From NCBI GenBank assembly GCA_046539845.1, contig JBKHGE010000004.1:1-64000 (forward strand): DNA of 64,000 nt. Direction: 5' to 3'. Positions 27,473 through 38,636 of this stretch are shown one piece after another (within the stretch, counting starts at the first letter, position 1; every line of letters begins with the position of its first letter). The DNA is from Desulfonatronovibrionaceae bacterium. GTDB taxonomy: Bacteria > Desulfobacterota > Desulfovibrionia > Desulfovibrionales > Desulfonatronovibrionaceae. The position numbers and the translations under genes were made by a program. The notes under the pieces were generated by a model. It saw nothing but the letters and a program-made list of their open reading frames with translations. It did no database searches and was not told where the DNA came from.

Positions 27473-28970
27473 CTTCAATACCGGCCATAAGCGGTCCCAG
27501 CCTGGAAAACAGATCCCGATCCTCTGAGGAAAACACATCCGCCATTACCCTCCCCCCGTAAAGCACTGCGATGCGGTCGGACAGGGCCATGGCCTCACGT
27601 ATATCCCCGGTGACCAGAATAATGCCTGCGTTTTTCCTGGCCTGCAACAGGTAATCCCAAACATCCTCGGTGGCTGCCACATCCAGACCCTGGGTGGGCT
27701 GTTCAGCCACTATCAACCGAGGGGAGCGGTAAAACTCTCGACCCAAAATAAATTTCTGCAGATTCCCGCCGGAAAGGCTGGCCGCCTTTTTCTGCGGACC
27801 GGCGGAGCGCACATCAAAACGGGTTAACACCGAGCGAGTGGCTTCGACGGCCTCTTTGCGGCGCAGAAATGGGCCGGATTTGAAGCCGAATCTGGTGGTG
27901 AGCAGAAAGTTGTCCCCCAGGTCCAAACCCGGGCAGACGCCTGTTCCCAAGCGGTCCTTCGGGATATGGACAAGACCGTCCCTCCAGACGCGGGGACGGT
28001 GGTAATAAGCTGCGTTTCGCCCCAGAAGGCGTATTTCTCCGGCCCTTCTCTTTTTCAGCCCGCATATCTGCTCCACCAATGATTTTTGCCCATTTCCGGC
28101 CACTCCGACCACAGCCAAGATCTCTCCGCGCCTGACCTCCAGATGTATATCTTTAAGCATTTCATCGCTTAGGCCATTTATCTCCAGGACCTTGTCCCCC
28201 AGGGGCACCTCCTCGCGCTCCACCTGGAACAGGACATCACGTCCGACCATCTTGCGGGCCAACTCCGCCCTGGAGGATATCTCCGCAACCGGCTTACTCT
28301 CCATCACCCGGCCCCGCCTCAAAATGGCCACGTCGTCTGCAATGCGCAAAACCTCCTCCAGCTTGTGGCTGATAAACACCACTGCCTTCCCCTGGCTACG
28401 CATTTTTTTAACCGCGGAGAAGAGTTGGGTGATTTCTTCAGAGGTGAGTACACTGGTGGGTTCATCCAGGATCAACACCGTGTTCTGACGCAACAGGAGT
28501 TTTAATATCTCCACCCGCTGCTTTTCGCCCATGGACAGTTCGGATACCCGTCTGACCGGGTCGATATCGAGCCCGAACTCAGAGCTGAGCCTGCTCACTC
28601 GATCCTCCATAGCCTCCGGATGCAACCACGCGGACTGGACTTGGCCCAGAAAGATGTTCTCGGCCACGCTCATATTCCCCACCAGCATAAAGTGCTGGTA
28701 AACCATGCCGATACCCGCCCGGATCGCATCCCCCGGACCGTGAAATTCGGTCTTCTCCCCCCGGATGCGGATCTCCCCGCTGTCCGGCCTGAGCATCCCG
28801 GCCAGAATGCTCATAAGCGTACTCTTACCCGCCCCATTTTCCCCGAGCAAAGCCAGGATACGGCCGGGCCGAATATCCAGACTTATATCCTTGTTTGCCT
28901 GCACACTGCCAAAGGATCTGGAAATGTTCTCCAAGGATACCAGGGGTATATCTGATGGGCCGCCGATCAT
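27462..28970 (-). CDS. nucleoside/sugar (CUT2-type) ABC transporter ATP-binding protein, double domain
   Basis: [32 protein letters not shown]; start ATG 28970 overlaps the gpt stop (ATGA). Confidence 0.92.
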   Translation of the reverse strand: MIGGPSDIPLVSLENISRSFGSVQANKDISLDIRPGRILALLGENGAGKSTLMSILAGMLRPDSGEIRIRGEKTEFHGPGDAIRAGIGMVYQHFMLVGNMSVAENIFLGQVQSAWLHPEAMEDRVSRLSSEFGLDIDPVRRVSELSMGEKQRVEILKLLLRQNTVLILDEPTSVLTSEEITQLFSAVKKMRSQGKAVVFISHKLEEVLRIADDVAILRRGRVMESKPVAEISSRAELARKMVGRDVLFQVEREEVPLGDKVLEINGLSDEMLKDIHLEVRRGEILAVVGVAGNGQKSLVEQICGLKKRRAGEIRLLGRNAAYYHRPRVWRDGLVHIPKDRLGTGVCPGLDLGDNFLLTTRFGFKSGPFLRRKEAVEATRSVLTRFDVRSAGPQKKAASLSGGNLQKFILGREFYRSPRLIVAEQPTQGLDVAATEDVWDYLLQARKNAGIILVTGDIREAMALSDRIAVLYGGRVMADVFSSEDRDLFSRLGPLMAGIEDEN

Positions 28971-29455
28971 AACTCCCCCCTGGCCATCCCGGCCAGAGGC
29001 CGGACAAAACAGGATTCCGAGTCCCAGGGAAAAAGTATCCAGGTATCTTGGCTGACCTCGGTTATAAAGGTGTCCACCAAAGGCTTTCCGGCCGGTTTGG
29101 CATATACCGTGGCAAAATGGGCCCGGGGCAACATATCCCGGACCATTCGGGCAGTGGAGCCGGTGTCCACCAGATCGTCCACAACCAGAAGGCGGCGATC
29201 CGGATTCTGGACCTCTTTCAGCACCCGGAGCCGGCCCTGGTTCTGCCAATCGTAACTGGACACGCATATCGTATCCACAAATCTTATTTCCAGTTCGCGG
29301 GCGACCACTGCCGCCGGGACCAAGCCTCCGCGAGTCACGGCCACTATGCCCTCAAAGGGTTCCATACTGACCAGCCGCCAAGCTAGGGCCTTGGCGTCCC
29401 TGTGCAGCTGTTCCCAGGAGACCGGATATGTCTTTTGGTACCTGTTATCCTGCAT
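28967..29455 (-). CDS. gpt: xanthine-guanine phosphoribosyltransferase
   Basis: [37 protein letters not shown]. Confidence 0.95.
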   Translation of the reverse strand: MQDNRYQKTYPVSWEQLHRDAKALAWRLVSMEPFEGIVAVTRGGLVPAAVVARELEIRFVDTICVSSYDWQNQGRLRVLKEVQNPDRRLLVVDDLVDTGSTARMVRDMLPRAHFATVYAKPAGKPLVDTFITEVSQDTWILFPWDSESCFVRPLAGMARGEL

Positions 29456-29471
29456 CCTGATTCCTTTGGGC

Positions 29472-30308
29472 TCACTCTCCGGGCTCCGGATTGACCCCGA
29501 GCCCGACTGGGGCCCCGTAATGACGGCCCTTTTTGTAGGAAAAAGTCAAGACCACAACAGTCAAGACATACGGGAGCATCAAAAGAAAAGAGGAGGGCAC
29601 GTCAACGCCTATGGTCTGCAGGCGAAGCTGAAAGGCCATTATCCCTCCAAAGAGATAGGCACCGATTATCGCCCTGAACGGACGCCAGAAGGCGAAAATA
29701 ATTAGGGCCACCGCGATCCAGCCCCGACCACCGCTTAGATCCGAGGTCCACAGGTGGGTATAGGCCAAAGAGAGACACGCCCCGCCCAGGCCGACCAAAA
29801 ATCCGCCAAGCATTGTCCCCAGCCACCTGTAGCCGGAGACGCTGATCCCGGCCGATCTTGCGGCCTCCGGATTCTCCCCTACCGCCCGTAGGCGTAGACC
29901 CCACTTGCTGCGGTTCAGAAAAACGAACACCGCCGCCGGGAGGAAATAGAAAAGATAGACCAAGGCGTCCTGGTTAAAAAGGACCCGGCCCAAAAACGGG
30001 ACCTCGGACAGAAAAGGGACTGCCAGCCCGGAAACCACCTGATTCCCGAGGAAAAATACGCATATCAAGGCGTGCAGTCCGGAAAATACCGCGGTTACAA
30101 TTCCGGCTGCAGCCAGACCCAGCCAAGGGGAACCGGACTGCTGACTGACCAAAAAGCCGGCCAAAGCCCCGACCAGCAGCATGCCCTCCACTCCCAGGTT
30201 CAGCACCCCACTCTTTTCCGTGACTATCTCTTCGAGAGTGGCCAGCAGAATCGGAGTCCCGGACTGGACCGTGGCCGCAAGCAAAGGAACAATCATTCCC
30301 GAGATCAT
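29472..30308 (-). CDS. nucleoside ABC permease (BPD_transp_2), probably with internal in-frame deletion
   Basis: [40 protein letters not shown] runs directly into VPFLSEVP, where homologues usually carry an extra helix and loop. Confidence 0.75.
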   Translation of the reverse strand: MISGMIVPLLAATVQSGTPILLATLEEIVTEKSGVLNLGVEGMLLVGALAGFLVSQQSGSPWLGLAAAGIVTAVFSGLHALICVFFLGNQVVSGLAVPFLSEVPFLGRVLFNQDALVYLFYFLPAAVFVFLNRSKWGLRLRAVGENPEAARSAGISVSGYRWLGTMLGGFLVGLGGACLSLAYTHLWTSDLSGGRGWIAVALIIFAFWRPFRAIIGAYLFGGIMAFQLRLQTIGVDVPSSFLLMLPYVLTVVVLTFSYKKGRHYGAPVGLGVNPEPGE

Positions 30309-30492
30309 CCCTTGCCCCTTTTGAACCTATAATTGATGAAAAAAGCACCTTAAGCCCCTGCAGCGGACTCATGCCCTGCAGAGCGAGCAAGAGTCCGCTG
30401 ACCACCAGGGCCAGGGCCACAGCCGCACTCAAAACCAGGGGGCCGCGCAAGAGCCCCCTGTCCTCCATGTGAACCACCCGCCAGCTAATCAT
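30309..30492 (-). pseudogene. remnant of first nucleoside ABC permease (N-terminal ~60 codons)
   Basis: MISWRVV...AVALALVVSGLLLALQGMSPLQG...IIGS, then the next gene begins immediately. Confidence 0.7.
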
Positions 30493-30515
30493 AATTCCGA
30501 ACCACAGCCCCCGAA

Positions 30516-30892
30516 TCACTCGGTGGTGCCCACGTTTTCCGCACGCTTGTATCCGGAGCAGTGCATAAAAACCGTATCCGGAAAATCCCGGGCCACCCTC
30601 TGCACCGGGTCCATATACCCGAAACTGGTGGCAAAGATTATATCATAGCCTTTGCGGGCCATGTTGCGGATCACCCGTTCCGAGTCGCCGCCCTCGGGCA
30701 CACATCCTCGACATAGGAAGTGCTCACCCCTTCCATCTTTTCCACTTCCTTCCTGCCCATATTTTGGGCGTAGGAATAACCTTCGTCCCCCACCGGGGAG
30801 ACGTAAACGAAGCCCACCTTGAGATCATCTGCCCCAGCCCCGGCCGGTACGAGCAGGACCGCAAGCAGGATAAAAAACAACAATCTGTGCAT
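30516..30892 (-). pseudogene. BMP-family ABC substrate-binding protein, frameshifted and internally deleted
   Basis: Signal peptide, KVGFVYVSPVGDEGYSYAQ, frameshift at GATGTGTGCCC (~30700), then PEGGDSERVIR...IFATSFGYMD...FMHCSGYK...NVGTTE*. Confidence 0.85.
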
Positions 30893-31317
30893 AGTCTCCC
30901 TCCATTGCTTTTAGAAGCTGATAACATTAAAACTTTATGCCAGACTAGGCAAGAGCGCTCTTACCCCGGCCACGCGTGGCTTTAGAAGTATTTGCAAATA
31001 ATCCGGAACCTTATTTGGCATTGGGAACTGACTGTCAGCCGTTTTTTATCGGTTCAAACCAGAATCAGCCGCCTGCGGTGCCGGTTAAACCGTTTACCTC
31101 GGCCCGGGATTCAAGTAAAAATCACATCCAGTATTTCCAGGAGATAGTTCCAAATCAGGATCTTGGACACAGTGTATGGATGTTTTGATTTTCCTCGACC
31201 TGATATTTTTGGCTGCTTTTAACGTGAGGTTCGCGCGTATTCTTGGTCCGGCGGAGGAAATCCACAGCAAACTATTAACGAACCTTCTAACCAAATGGCC
31301 TCTGCAGGGAGAAACAT

Positions 31318-32070
31318 ATGGATACAGGTGTGGTATTGATCCACGGCTTCGGCGGGACTCCAAAGGACCTGGAGGGTATCAAGCAGGAACTGGAAAAACG
31401 CGGAGCAGAAGTGCGGGCCCCCCTTTTACCTGGACACGGGACCAACGTGTTTGATCTGCAAAGAACCAGGTTTTGGGATTGGTACGCGGCGGTGGAAAAG
31501 GAATACCAGCGGCTAAGCAAAGAGTTTAAGCAAGTATATGCGGTGGGGTTCTCCATGGGCGGGACTTTGGCCCTTAGGCTGGCAGAGCTTCATTCCCCGG
31601 CCGGGATCACGTGCATCGCCTCCCCGGTGTATCTGTACTCCTTTTTCCCTCCCCAGGCCACGGACTGGGGGGCGGTCACCATTCCACTATTGCGTTTTAT
31701 GCATCCCTATCATCGCATGGATGATCCGGACCCGGTATCCCAAAAAACCGCTCCGAGCAGCGGATACACAGACTATCAGCCCCTGCATGCCATACACAGC
31801 TTTATCAAGGGGATGCGCTTGGTCCGGCGCAATCTCGAACGGGTAAATTGCCCTCTTTTTCTCCTGCACTGCCCTCAGGACAAAACAGTACTTTTCCGCA
31901 ACGCCTGGGAAATACTCTCCAGGGTGTCCTCGAATACAAGGCGGCTGGAAGTCATTAATATCAATAATTTAAGCGGCAGTGCACACATGCTGCCCACGCA
32001 CGAAGAGACCCGGGACAGGGTGCGGCGGATGGTGGCCGGGTTTGTCTTCCCCCCCCCGGAGGGGGATTGA
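31318..32070 (+). CDS. alpha/beta hydrolase (carboxylesterase-like)
   Basis: LIHGFGG, LPGHGT, GFSMGG nucleophile elbow, D..V, H. Confidence 0.9.
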   Translation: MDTGVVLIHGFGGTPKDLEGIKQELEKRGAEVRAPLLPGHGTNVFDLQRTRFWDWYAAVEKEYQRLSKEFKQVYAVGFSMGGTLALRLAELHSPAGITCIASPVYLYSFFPPQATDWGAVTIPLLRFMHPYHRMDDPDPVSQKTAPSSGYTDYQPLHAIHSFIKGMRLVRRNLERVNCPLFLLHCPQDKTVLFRNAWEILSRVSSNTRRLEVININNLSGSAHMLPTHEETRDRVRRMVAGFVFPPPEGD

Positions 32071-32089
32071 TACGGTGGGCAAAGACGGA

Positions 32090-33604
32090 TCACACCGATT
32101 CGAAACGCATGTGCCGGGCAAATTCCTTTCCGGTATAAAACCGGGTTTGGGTGAGATCCACGGTCTGTACCCGACCACGGATCTTGTGGGCCTCAAGGCG
32201 GCCTCGGTCCAGGTCTGCTGCCAGTTTGAGTCCGCCGGAAAGCGAGGTGTTACCGCAGAAATTAATCTTTTCCTCGCTGGCAGGCGGCAAAAAGCCTAGC
32301 CCAGTGAGCACTGCCGGGGAGAGCCTTTCTCCGAGCGCACCGGCGATGCAGACCTTTTCCAGCCCGGCGGCAGGGATACCTGCGGTTTTGAGCAGGCTGT
32401 CCAGGCCCAGGGAGAATGCGGCCTTGACCTTGAGCAGCTCCTCTATATCCGCCGGGTCCAGGTAGATGGCCTCGTTCAGGTACAGACGCCGCTTTCTTAT
32501 CTGACTTCGTACCCGGTTTGCCAGCGGAGAGCCCAGTCCTTCAGAGAATCTGCCATCGGATCTTATTACCCCCAGTCCTTTCAGCCTGCGGACTAGGTCT
32601 AGATACGCGGTTGCACTCAGATGTGTACACTTCCCGGTTCCCTGGGGGTAAATCCCTCTGCTGCTTAAAGCGATCTTTGTGCACACTCCCTTTTGCCCCG
32701 CTGGGGCGCCGAAGCGCAGTCCGCATCCCTCCAGGGCCGGCCCCATGGCCACACTGGTCCCGAAACACCCCTTTTCAGTACCCAGGACCATCTCCGCATT
32801 GGTCCCGAAGTCTGCAAACAGCCAGGGCCCCTTTTGATCGCAGAGTCCGGTCTCCAGGAGGCCACAAACAATATCCGCGCCTATGAATGGGGAAACTAAA
32901 GGGGGGATATATACCTCCGGTAGCCCCGGCTTTGGTGAGAACCAAAAATCACCGCTGAACGGCAGGCTGTACGGGGATCTGGCTAATGGGCTGCAGTCGT
33001 ATCCCAGGGCCAGGCAGAGCATGGCCGGATTTCCGGTAAATACTGTCACCCGGGGCAAACAGGTAGCCAGATCCAAGATTTCCTGCACCAGACAAAGCAA
33101 GGCCTCTTGCTGCGCTTCAGCCCTTTCCGGGCCCTGTAGGGCGAACTGCATCCTGGACATGACCTCCCCCCCGGTCCCGGACTGGGGATTGGGGGCGGAA
33201 CCCAAGTCGACTTCCCCAGCTCCAAAGTCATATGCCCATTTTACAGTTGTCGTGCCGATATCCACTACCAGGGACTCCGGCCGCCCGCTAGTCACCGGAG
33301 AAAAGACTCGCACCGGGGGCCTAGACGGTATCTCTATCTCCTGCCCGGTCCGGGGACGGTGCTCGCAAGCGAGGCGAAAACCACGGTCAATATCCGCGGG
33401 TTCAAGGCTTTCCCGGTCCCTGGATGTGGCCGCAGGGGTATTGGAGATGAATCTCAGGCGGCAGTTCCCGCACCTGCCTATCCCTGCGCACAGGGGAAGG
33501 TTGCGGAAAAATCCGTGCAGGCTGAGACCGGTTAGGAGGGTGTCCCTGCCATCCACACGGAGGGTTCTCGCGCCGGGATTGACTCTTATCTCTTTTTTGT
33601 CCAT
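32090..33604 (-). CDS. ASKHA-domain protein with N-terminal 2Fe-2S ferredoxin (RACo/DUF4445-like)
   Basis: CAGIGRCGNC...RLAC, VDIGTTT, G.EVMSR, DFGTNAE, GPALEG, GNTSL.G. Confidence 0.87.
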   Translation of the reverse strand: MDKKEIRVNPGARTLRVDGRDTLLTGLSLHGFFRNLPLCAGIGRCGNCRLRFISNTPAATSRDRESLEPADIDRGFRLACEHRPRTGQEIEIPSRPPVRVFSPVTSGRPESLVVDIGTTTVKWAYDFGAGEVDLGSAPNPQSGTGGEVMSRMQFALQGPERAEAQQEALLCLVQEILDLATCLPRVTVFTGNPAMLCLALGYDCSPLARSPYSLPFSGDFWFSPKPGLPEVYIPPLVSPFIGADIVCGLLETGLCDQKGPWLFADFGTNAEMVLGTEKGCFGTSVAMGPALEGCGLRFGAPAGQKGVCTKIALSSRGIYPQGTGKCTHLSATAYLDLVRRLKGLGVIRSDGRFSEGLGSPLANRVRSQIRKRRLYLNEAIYLDPADIEELLKVKAAFSLGLDSLLKTAGIPAAGLEKVCIAGALGERLSPAVLTGLGFLPPASEEKINFCGNTSLSGGLKLAADLDRGRLEAHKIRGRVQTVDLTQTRFYTGKEFARHMRFESV

Positions 33605-33625
33605 GCCCTGTTTATCTTTACACGG

Positions 33626-34687
33626 TCAGTGTTCCCGGCCCCGGATCCGAACCACTCTTTCCCCTGCACGCTCTTGAACTCGGCCGATTGTCTCCGCCAT
33701 ATCACCGTAAGCGAGCAGAAACTCCCGGACCCGATCCTCCAGGTCGGGCGGAACGCCCAGAACCAGACCTCCCGAGGTCTGGGCATCAAAAATGAGATCG
33801 ATCGTGATCCGATCCACACCAGAGTCGATCCGGACCATAGAATAACAAAAATGCTTATTCGCAAAGCTCCCCGCCGGTATCATGCCCAATGAAGCCAGCT
33901 CCCTGGCACTGTCCAAAATGGGGACCCGCTCCGCATCGAGTTCCACCAGGACTCCCGAGGCCCGGGCCATCTCCAGGAGGTGGCCGCCCAGACCGAATCC
34001 GGTTATATCCGTGGCCGCTTGGAGTCCGAATCTTTGAATGGCCCGGCCGCCGGCCGTGTTCAGCCTGCCCGCCCAATGGAGCAGATCCGCCTCCATGCCT
34101 CGTACATCCCCGAACTCCGCCTTGAGAGCCGTGGCCAGGACCCCGGTGCCCAAAGGCTTGGTCAAAACAAGGACATCCCCGGGGACCAGCCCGGAATTGG
34201 TGGCGTATTTGTCCGGGTCCACGACCCCGGAAACAGACAAGCCGTATTTTATCTCCTCGTCCTCCACACTATGACCCCCGGCCATAACCGCACCCGCTTC
34301 CTCGATCTTGTCCAGCCCGCCCTGTAAAATATCCCGCAGGATCGACTTGTCCATTTTTTTGGCTGGAAAGGCCACGATATTCATGGCTGCATACGGCTCT
34401 CCGCCCATGGCATAGACATCGGACATAGCGTTGGCCGCTGCGATCTGACCGAAGCTGTATGGATCATTCACAATGGGAGTAAAAAAGTCCACAGTCTGAA
34501 TGAGGCCCTTTCCGCCCGGAAAACGCAGAATGGAGGCATCCTCGCAGCCGCCCGGTCCAAGGATGAAAGCCTCATTGTCGGCCTTGAACTTGAGTTCTGT
34601 CAAAACCTCCTCCAGGTCCCCCGGAGAGATTTTGGACGCTCAACCGGCAGCTTTGACGATTTGCATCAGCTTTAGTTTCTCACTCAT
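33626..34687 (-). CDS. selD: selenophosphate synthetase SelD, selenocysteine-containing
   Basis: MSEKLKLMQIVKAAG-TGA-ASKISPGDL; in-frame TGA at 34640-34642 occupies the catalytic C/U-x-x-K position. TVDFFTP, AAANAMSDVYAMGG, TDITGFGL, DAQTSGGL. Confidence 0.95.
34608..34639 (-). promoter_or_regulatory. putative bacterial SECIS hairpin
   Basis: Just 3' of the UGA: CUCCGG-GGGAC-CUGGAG stem with a G-rich apical loop. Confidence 0.6.
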
Positions 34688-35603
34688 CTTTCTCTCCTGC
34701 CGTAAATATAGCAGCGGCACGTTTGCGTACATAATCCATAAACACCCGTGCAGCCGGAAAAATTGTCCGCCTCTTGTGCCGGATCAAATAAAAATTCCGC
34801 GTAAGGACAATATCTCTGACCAAAAGAGTCTGCAAATCACCGGTTTGCAGATGTTCCTCAACCGCCAGTCTGGAAGTGACACCCACACCCATTTGAGCCA
34901 AAAGACAGCGGACCATAGCCTCGGTGTTCTGGACCCGGATCAGGGTATAAAAATCCTTGAGCCTGACTGTGGTTTCAGCCAAGGCCTTTTCCAAAGCCAA
35001 TCTGGTCCCTGACCCCTGCTCGCGCATGACCCAGGGCAGCTCGGCCAAGCCTGCGGCGTCAAACTCTCTTTGCCCTCCCAAGTCCAGTTGCGGTGAACTC
35101 AGAAAAACAAGTTCGTCCTGCATTACACAGGCCAGCTCCAAATCCGGATTCTCGGCAAATCCCCCGATCAGTCCCAGGTCAAGCTCTCCGGAAAGCAGGT
35201 CCGCACTGACCGTACTCGAATCCCCGAGTCGGAGATCTATCAGTACCCCCGGATACCTGGAAACAAATCCGGCCAAAACCTGGGGCAGAAAATAATTCCC
35301 CGGGATGGTACTCGCCCCTATGGTCAGCTCTCCGGTCACCTTGTCTTTTAGTTCGTCCATCTCGGCCCGGGTCTCATCCAGGGAGCTAAAAATGGTTTTT
35401 GCCCGACGGTACAAAAGTTTCCCGGCCCGTGTGGGCATGGCGGTCCGGGATATGCGGTCAAACAGGGAAACATCCAGCTCTCGTTCGAGATGGGATATAT
35501 GCGAACTCACGGTCGGCTGGGAAAGAAACATCTCCTGCCCGGCCCGGGAGAAACTTCCAGTTTCGTAGACACGACAAAACACCTCCAGCCTGCGGATATC
35601 CAT
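34680..35603 (-). CDS. LysR-family regulator (CysL-like, selenium-metabolism-associated type)
   Basis: MDIRRLEVF...SFSRAG...SQPTVSSHI..LE; IGASTIPG.Y.LP; REQGSGTR; overlaps the selD start. Confidence 0.92.
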   Translation of the reverse strand: MDIRRLEVFCRVYETGSFSRAGQEMFLSQPTVSSHISHLERELDVSLFDRISRTAMPTRAGKLLYRRAKTIFSSLDETRAEMDELKDKVTGELTIGASTIPGNYFLPQVLAGFVSRYPGVLIDLRLGDSSTVSADLLSGELDLGLIGGFAENPDLELACVMQDELVFLSSPQLDLGGQREFDAAGLAELPWVMREQGSGTRLALEKALAETTVRLKDFYTLIRVQNTEAMVRCLLAQMGVGVTSRLAVEEHLQTGDLQTLLVRDIVLTRNFYLIRHKRRTIFPAARVFMDYVRKRAAAIFTAGEKDE

Positions 35604-35664
35604 CTAGGTCGCCTTATCTCTGGAAATATTAATAATTAGTATTAAAAAAAGTAATAAAAAAGCA

Positions 35665-35693
35665 CAAAATAAAGAGGAGGCCGCAGCCCCCTC
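35665..35693 (-). terminator. rho-independent terminator of the ribosomal protein cluster
   Basis: GAGGGGGC-TGCG-GCCTCCTC followed by TTTATTTTG just after the rplQ stop. Confidence 0.8.
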
Positions 35694-35704
35694 AGTAGTA
35701 CGTA

Positions 35705-36115
35705 TTACTCGTTTACCGCTGTATCCGAGTCAGTTTCTTTTACTCCTGATCCTCCGCTGCTACGGGTGAATTCCACCAGAGCCATGGGCGCAGCATCGCC
35801 CACCCGAGGTTTAGCAAATTTGACCACGCGAGTGTAGCCGCCTTCAACTCCGGTGAACCTGGGTCCGACTTCATCAAAAAGCTTTTTTACCAGTTGATGG
35901 TTGGACAAGGTTTTGTAGGCCAGACGGCGGGAATGTAGATCATCCGCCTTGGCCAGGGTAACCAGCCTGTCCATCTGTCGGCTGATTTCTTTGGCTTTGC
36001 TAGCCGTGGTCTTTATCTTCTCATGGGTCAGCAGGGAGCGGAGCATATTCCGATACAAAGCCTTCCGGTGCGCTGTAGAGCGATTTAATTTCTTACCCGC
36101 TTTTCTATGTCTCAT
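35705..36115 (-). CDS. rplQ: 50S ribosomal protein L17
   Basis: [17 protein letters not shown]. Confidence 0.98.
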   Translation of the reverse strand: MRHRKAGKKLNRSTAHRKALYRNMLRSLLTHEKIKTTASKAKEISRQMDRLVTLAKADDLHSRRLAYKTLSNHQLVKKLFDEVGPRFTGVEGGYTRVVKFAKPRVGDAAPMALVEFTRSSGGSGVKETDSDTAVNE

Positions 36116-37148
36116 CTTGCTCTTTCCTCTTCATCCATTCTTTGTACATTTCATTGAAATTGCCCAGATCCGTACCAAATTCCAGGCCCATGCTGTCCAG
36201 AACCCGACGGATGTCCTCCAATGACTTGCGGCCAAAATTCTTGGTCTTGAGCATCTCATTTTCCGTCTTCTGGACCAGTTCGCCGACCAGATTGATGCCG
36301 GCGCTTTTCAGGCAATTGCTGGCCCGGACCGGAAGTTCCAACTCGTCAATGCTTTTAAAAAGATTCGGATTTATCTCCTCCTCCTTCTGCGAGGAGGACC
36401 TGCGGACGTCAGTGAGGCTCTCGTCAAAATTGATAAAAACACTCAGCTGTTCTTTGAGGATTTTGGCGCTACTGGCAAGGGCATCGTCCGGGTTTATTGA
36501 TCCGTCGGTCCAAATCTCCATTATCAACTTGTCATAATTGGTCATCTGCCCCACGCGGGCCTGCTCGACTGTGTAGGCGACCTTTTTGATCGGAGAAAAA
36601 GATGCGTCCATGGGGATAATCCCGATCTCATCGGTCAGCCCCTCGTACATTTCCGAGGGGACATATCCCTTGCCCATACGCACATCCAGATCGATTTTCA
36701 GATCTACGTCCTCGGTCAGGGTGGCAATATGCAGATCAGGATTGAGGATCTTGACCCGGTTGTTCTCTGATATATTCGAAGCCCGGACCTCGCCCTTTTC
36801 ATTGGCGATAAGCTGCAGTTTCTGGGGCTCGTCAGTATCCATGTAGAATTTGACCTGCTTCAGATTCAAAACAATATCTGTAATGTCTTCCTTTACGCCG
36901 GGGATGGTAGTGAACTCATGCTGCACGCCTTGGATCTTCATGGACACAATGGCCACCCCCTGCAAGGAGGACAGGAGTATCCGACGCAAAGAATTGCCGA
37001 TAGTGGTCCCGAATCCTCTTTCCAGCGGTTCACAAACGAACTTACCGTAAGTATCAGTGGACTTGGGATCCCGGTGCAGCTGTTCCGGGCTTACCAATTC
37101 AGTCCAGTTGCGGATGTTGACGAGCTTGTCGCCTGTCTCGATTATCAT
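36105..37148 (-). CDS. rpoA: RNA polymerase alpha subunit
   Basis: [29 protein letters not shown]. Confidence 0.99.
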   Translation of the reverse strand: MIIETGDKLVNIRNWTELVSPEQLHRDPKSTDTYGKFVCEPLERGFGTTIGNSLRRILLSSLQGVAIVSMKIQGVQHEFTTIPGVKEDITDIVLNLKQVKFYMDTDEPQKLQLIANEKGEVRASNISENNRVKILNPDLHIATLTEDVDLKIDLDVRMGKGYVPSEMYEGLTDEIGIIPMDASFSPIKKVAYTVEQARVGQMTNYDKLIMEIWTDGSINPDDALASSAKILKEQLSVFINFDESLTDVRRSSSQKEEEINPNLFKSIDELELPVRASNCLKSAGINLVGELVQKTENEMLKTKNFGRKSLEDIRRVLDSMGLEFGTDLGNFNEMYKEWMKRKEQDET

Positions 37149-37206
37149 AGTCTATTCACCTGCTCGCTATTTTAGCCAAACCTGTCCGTTTACCCGGGAA
37201 TACGGT

Positions 37207-37833
37207 TTACTTGGAGTAAAGCTCGACTATAAGCTGCTCGTTTATGGGGAAGGTAATATCTTCCCGTGTAGGCATGGTCTTCACCGTGGCCTTGAGCGCC
37301 TTACCATCCAGCTCCAGCCACTCGATGCTGCCGCGCCTAGCCATGACCTCTTGAGCCTCCTGGATCACCGGATTTTTTTTGCTCTTTTCTTTGACCTCCA
37401 CGGTATCCCCCTCCCTTACCTGACAGGACGGGACATCCACCTTGCGGCCGTTAAGCAAAAAATGACCGTGATTGACAAGTTGACGAGCCTGACAACGGGA
37501 ATTGGCAAACCCGGCCCTGTAAACCACGTTATCCAGGCGGCTCTCCAGCATCACCAAAAGGTTCTTACCGGTCACGCCTTTTGTCTTGTCCGCGATATTG
37601 AAATATCTCTTGAACTGGCCCTCAAGCAGACCATACATGCGGCGGACTTTCTGCTTTTCCCGCAATTGCATGGCGTAATCTGTAGGCTTTTTACGCATCC
37701 GGCCCTGTTCCCCAGGAGGATAAGAGCGACGGTCATAGGAGCATTTGTCCGTAAAGCAGCGATCACCTTTCAAAAAGAGCTTGGTGCCCTCCCGGCGGCA
37801 TATCCTGCATTTGGATTCTGTATATTTAGCCAA
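37207..37833 (-). CDS. rpsD: 30S ribosomal protein S4
   Basis: [25 protein letters not shown]. Confidence 0.99.
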   Translation of the reverse strand: MAKYTESKCRICRREGTKLFLKGDRCFTDKCSYDRRSYPPGEQGRMRKKPTDYAMQLREKQKVRRMYGLLEGQFKRYFNIADKTKGVTGKNLLVMLESRLDNVVYRAGFANSRCQARQLVNHGHFLLNGRKVDVPSCQVREGDTVEVKEKSKKNPVIQEAQEVMARRGSIEWLELDGKALKATVKTMPTREDITFPINEQLIVELYSK

Positions 37834-37845
37834 TTTCTGTCCTCC

Positions 37846-38238
37846 TTACACTCTGCGGCGCTTGGGCGGCCGGCACCCGTTGTGCGGAATAGGGGTTATA
37901 TCACGAATAAAGGTTACGTTAAACCCCACGTTGTGAATGGCCCGCATGGCAGATTCCCGACCGGAGCCAGGACCCTTGACCAAAATGCCTACAGTGTTCA
38001 TTCCGTGCTCCTGGGCTTTTTTGGCTGCGGTCTCTGCCGCCTTCTGGGCCGCAAACGGGGTGCTCTTCCGCGAGCCTTTGAATCCGGACTGTCCGGATGT
38101 ACCCCAGCTAACCACGTTACCATTGGAATCGGTAAACGTAATCATGGTATTGTTAAAACTCGCATTCACATAAGCGAGCCCGGTAGGAATGTTCTTGCGG
38201 ACTCTCTTCTTGGTGCTCTTCTTCTTGGGCTTGGCCAT
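37846..38238 (-). CDS. rpsK: 30S ribosomal protein S11
   Basis: [24 protein letters not shown]. Confidence 0.99.
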   Translation of the reverse strand: MAKPKKKSTKKRVRKNIPTGLAYVNASFNNTMITFTDSNGNVVSWGTSGQSGFKGSRKSTPFAAQKAAETAAKKAQEHGMNTVGILVKGPGSGRESAMRAIHNVGFNVTFIRDITPIPHNGCRPPKRRRV

Positions 38239-38250
38239 ATCCTCTCCGAA

Positions 38251-38619
38251 TTACTTCTTTTTCTTGATAGCTGTTCTGCGCGGACCCTTGCGTGTCCTGG
38301 AATTGGTATGCGTCCTCTGACCTCTGACCGGCAGGGACCTCCTGTGTCTGAGCCCCCTGTAACAGCCGATATCCATCAACCGCTTTATGTTCGCGGTTAC
38401 TTCCCGACGCAGATCGCCTTCAACTTTGTAGTTGTGCTCGATCTCGTTTCTTATCTGGTTTATCTCTTCGGAATTCAAATCATCCGAGTTCCGCTCCCAG
38501 TCCACACCAACCGTATCCAGGATCTTCAGCGCACTGGTCGAGCCGATGCCGTAAATATAAGTCAGTGCGACATCTATCCTTTTGTTCCTGGGTAGTTCAA
38601 CACCTGCTATTCTGGCCAC
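38251..38619 (-). CDS. rpsM: 30S ribosomal protein S13
   Basis: [22 protein letters not shown]. Confidence 0.99.
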   Translation of the reverse strand: MARIAGVELPRNKRIDVALTYIYGIGSTSALKILDTVGVDWERNSDDLNSEEINQIRNEIEHNYKVEGDLRREVTANIKRLMDIGCYRGLRHRRSLPVRGQRTHTNSRTRKGPRRTAIKKKK

Positions 38620-38636
38620 TTTTGTCCCCCTAAAGT

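Noticed and set aside
28971..29267. Extended N-terminus of the ABC ATPase (601 aa in track)
   Set aside because: Overlaps gpt in another frame; the ATGA overlap at 28970 is the natural start.
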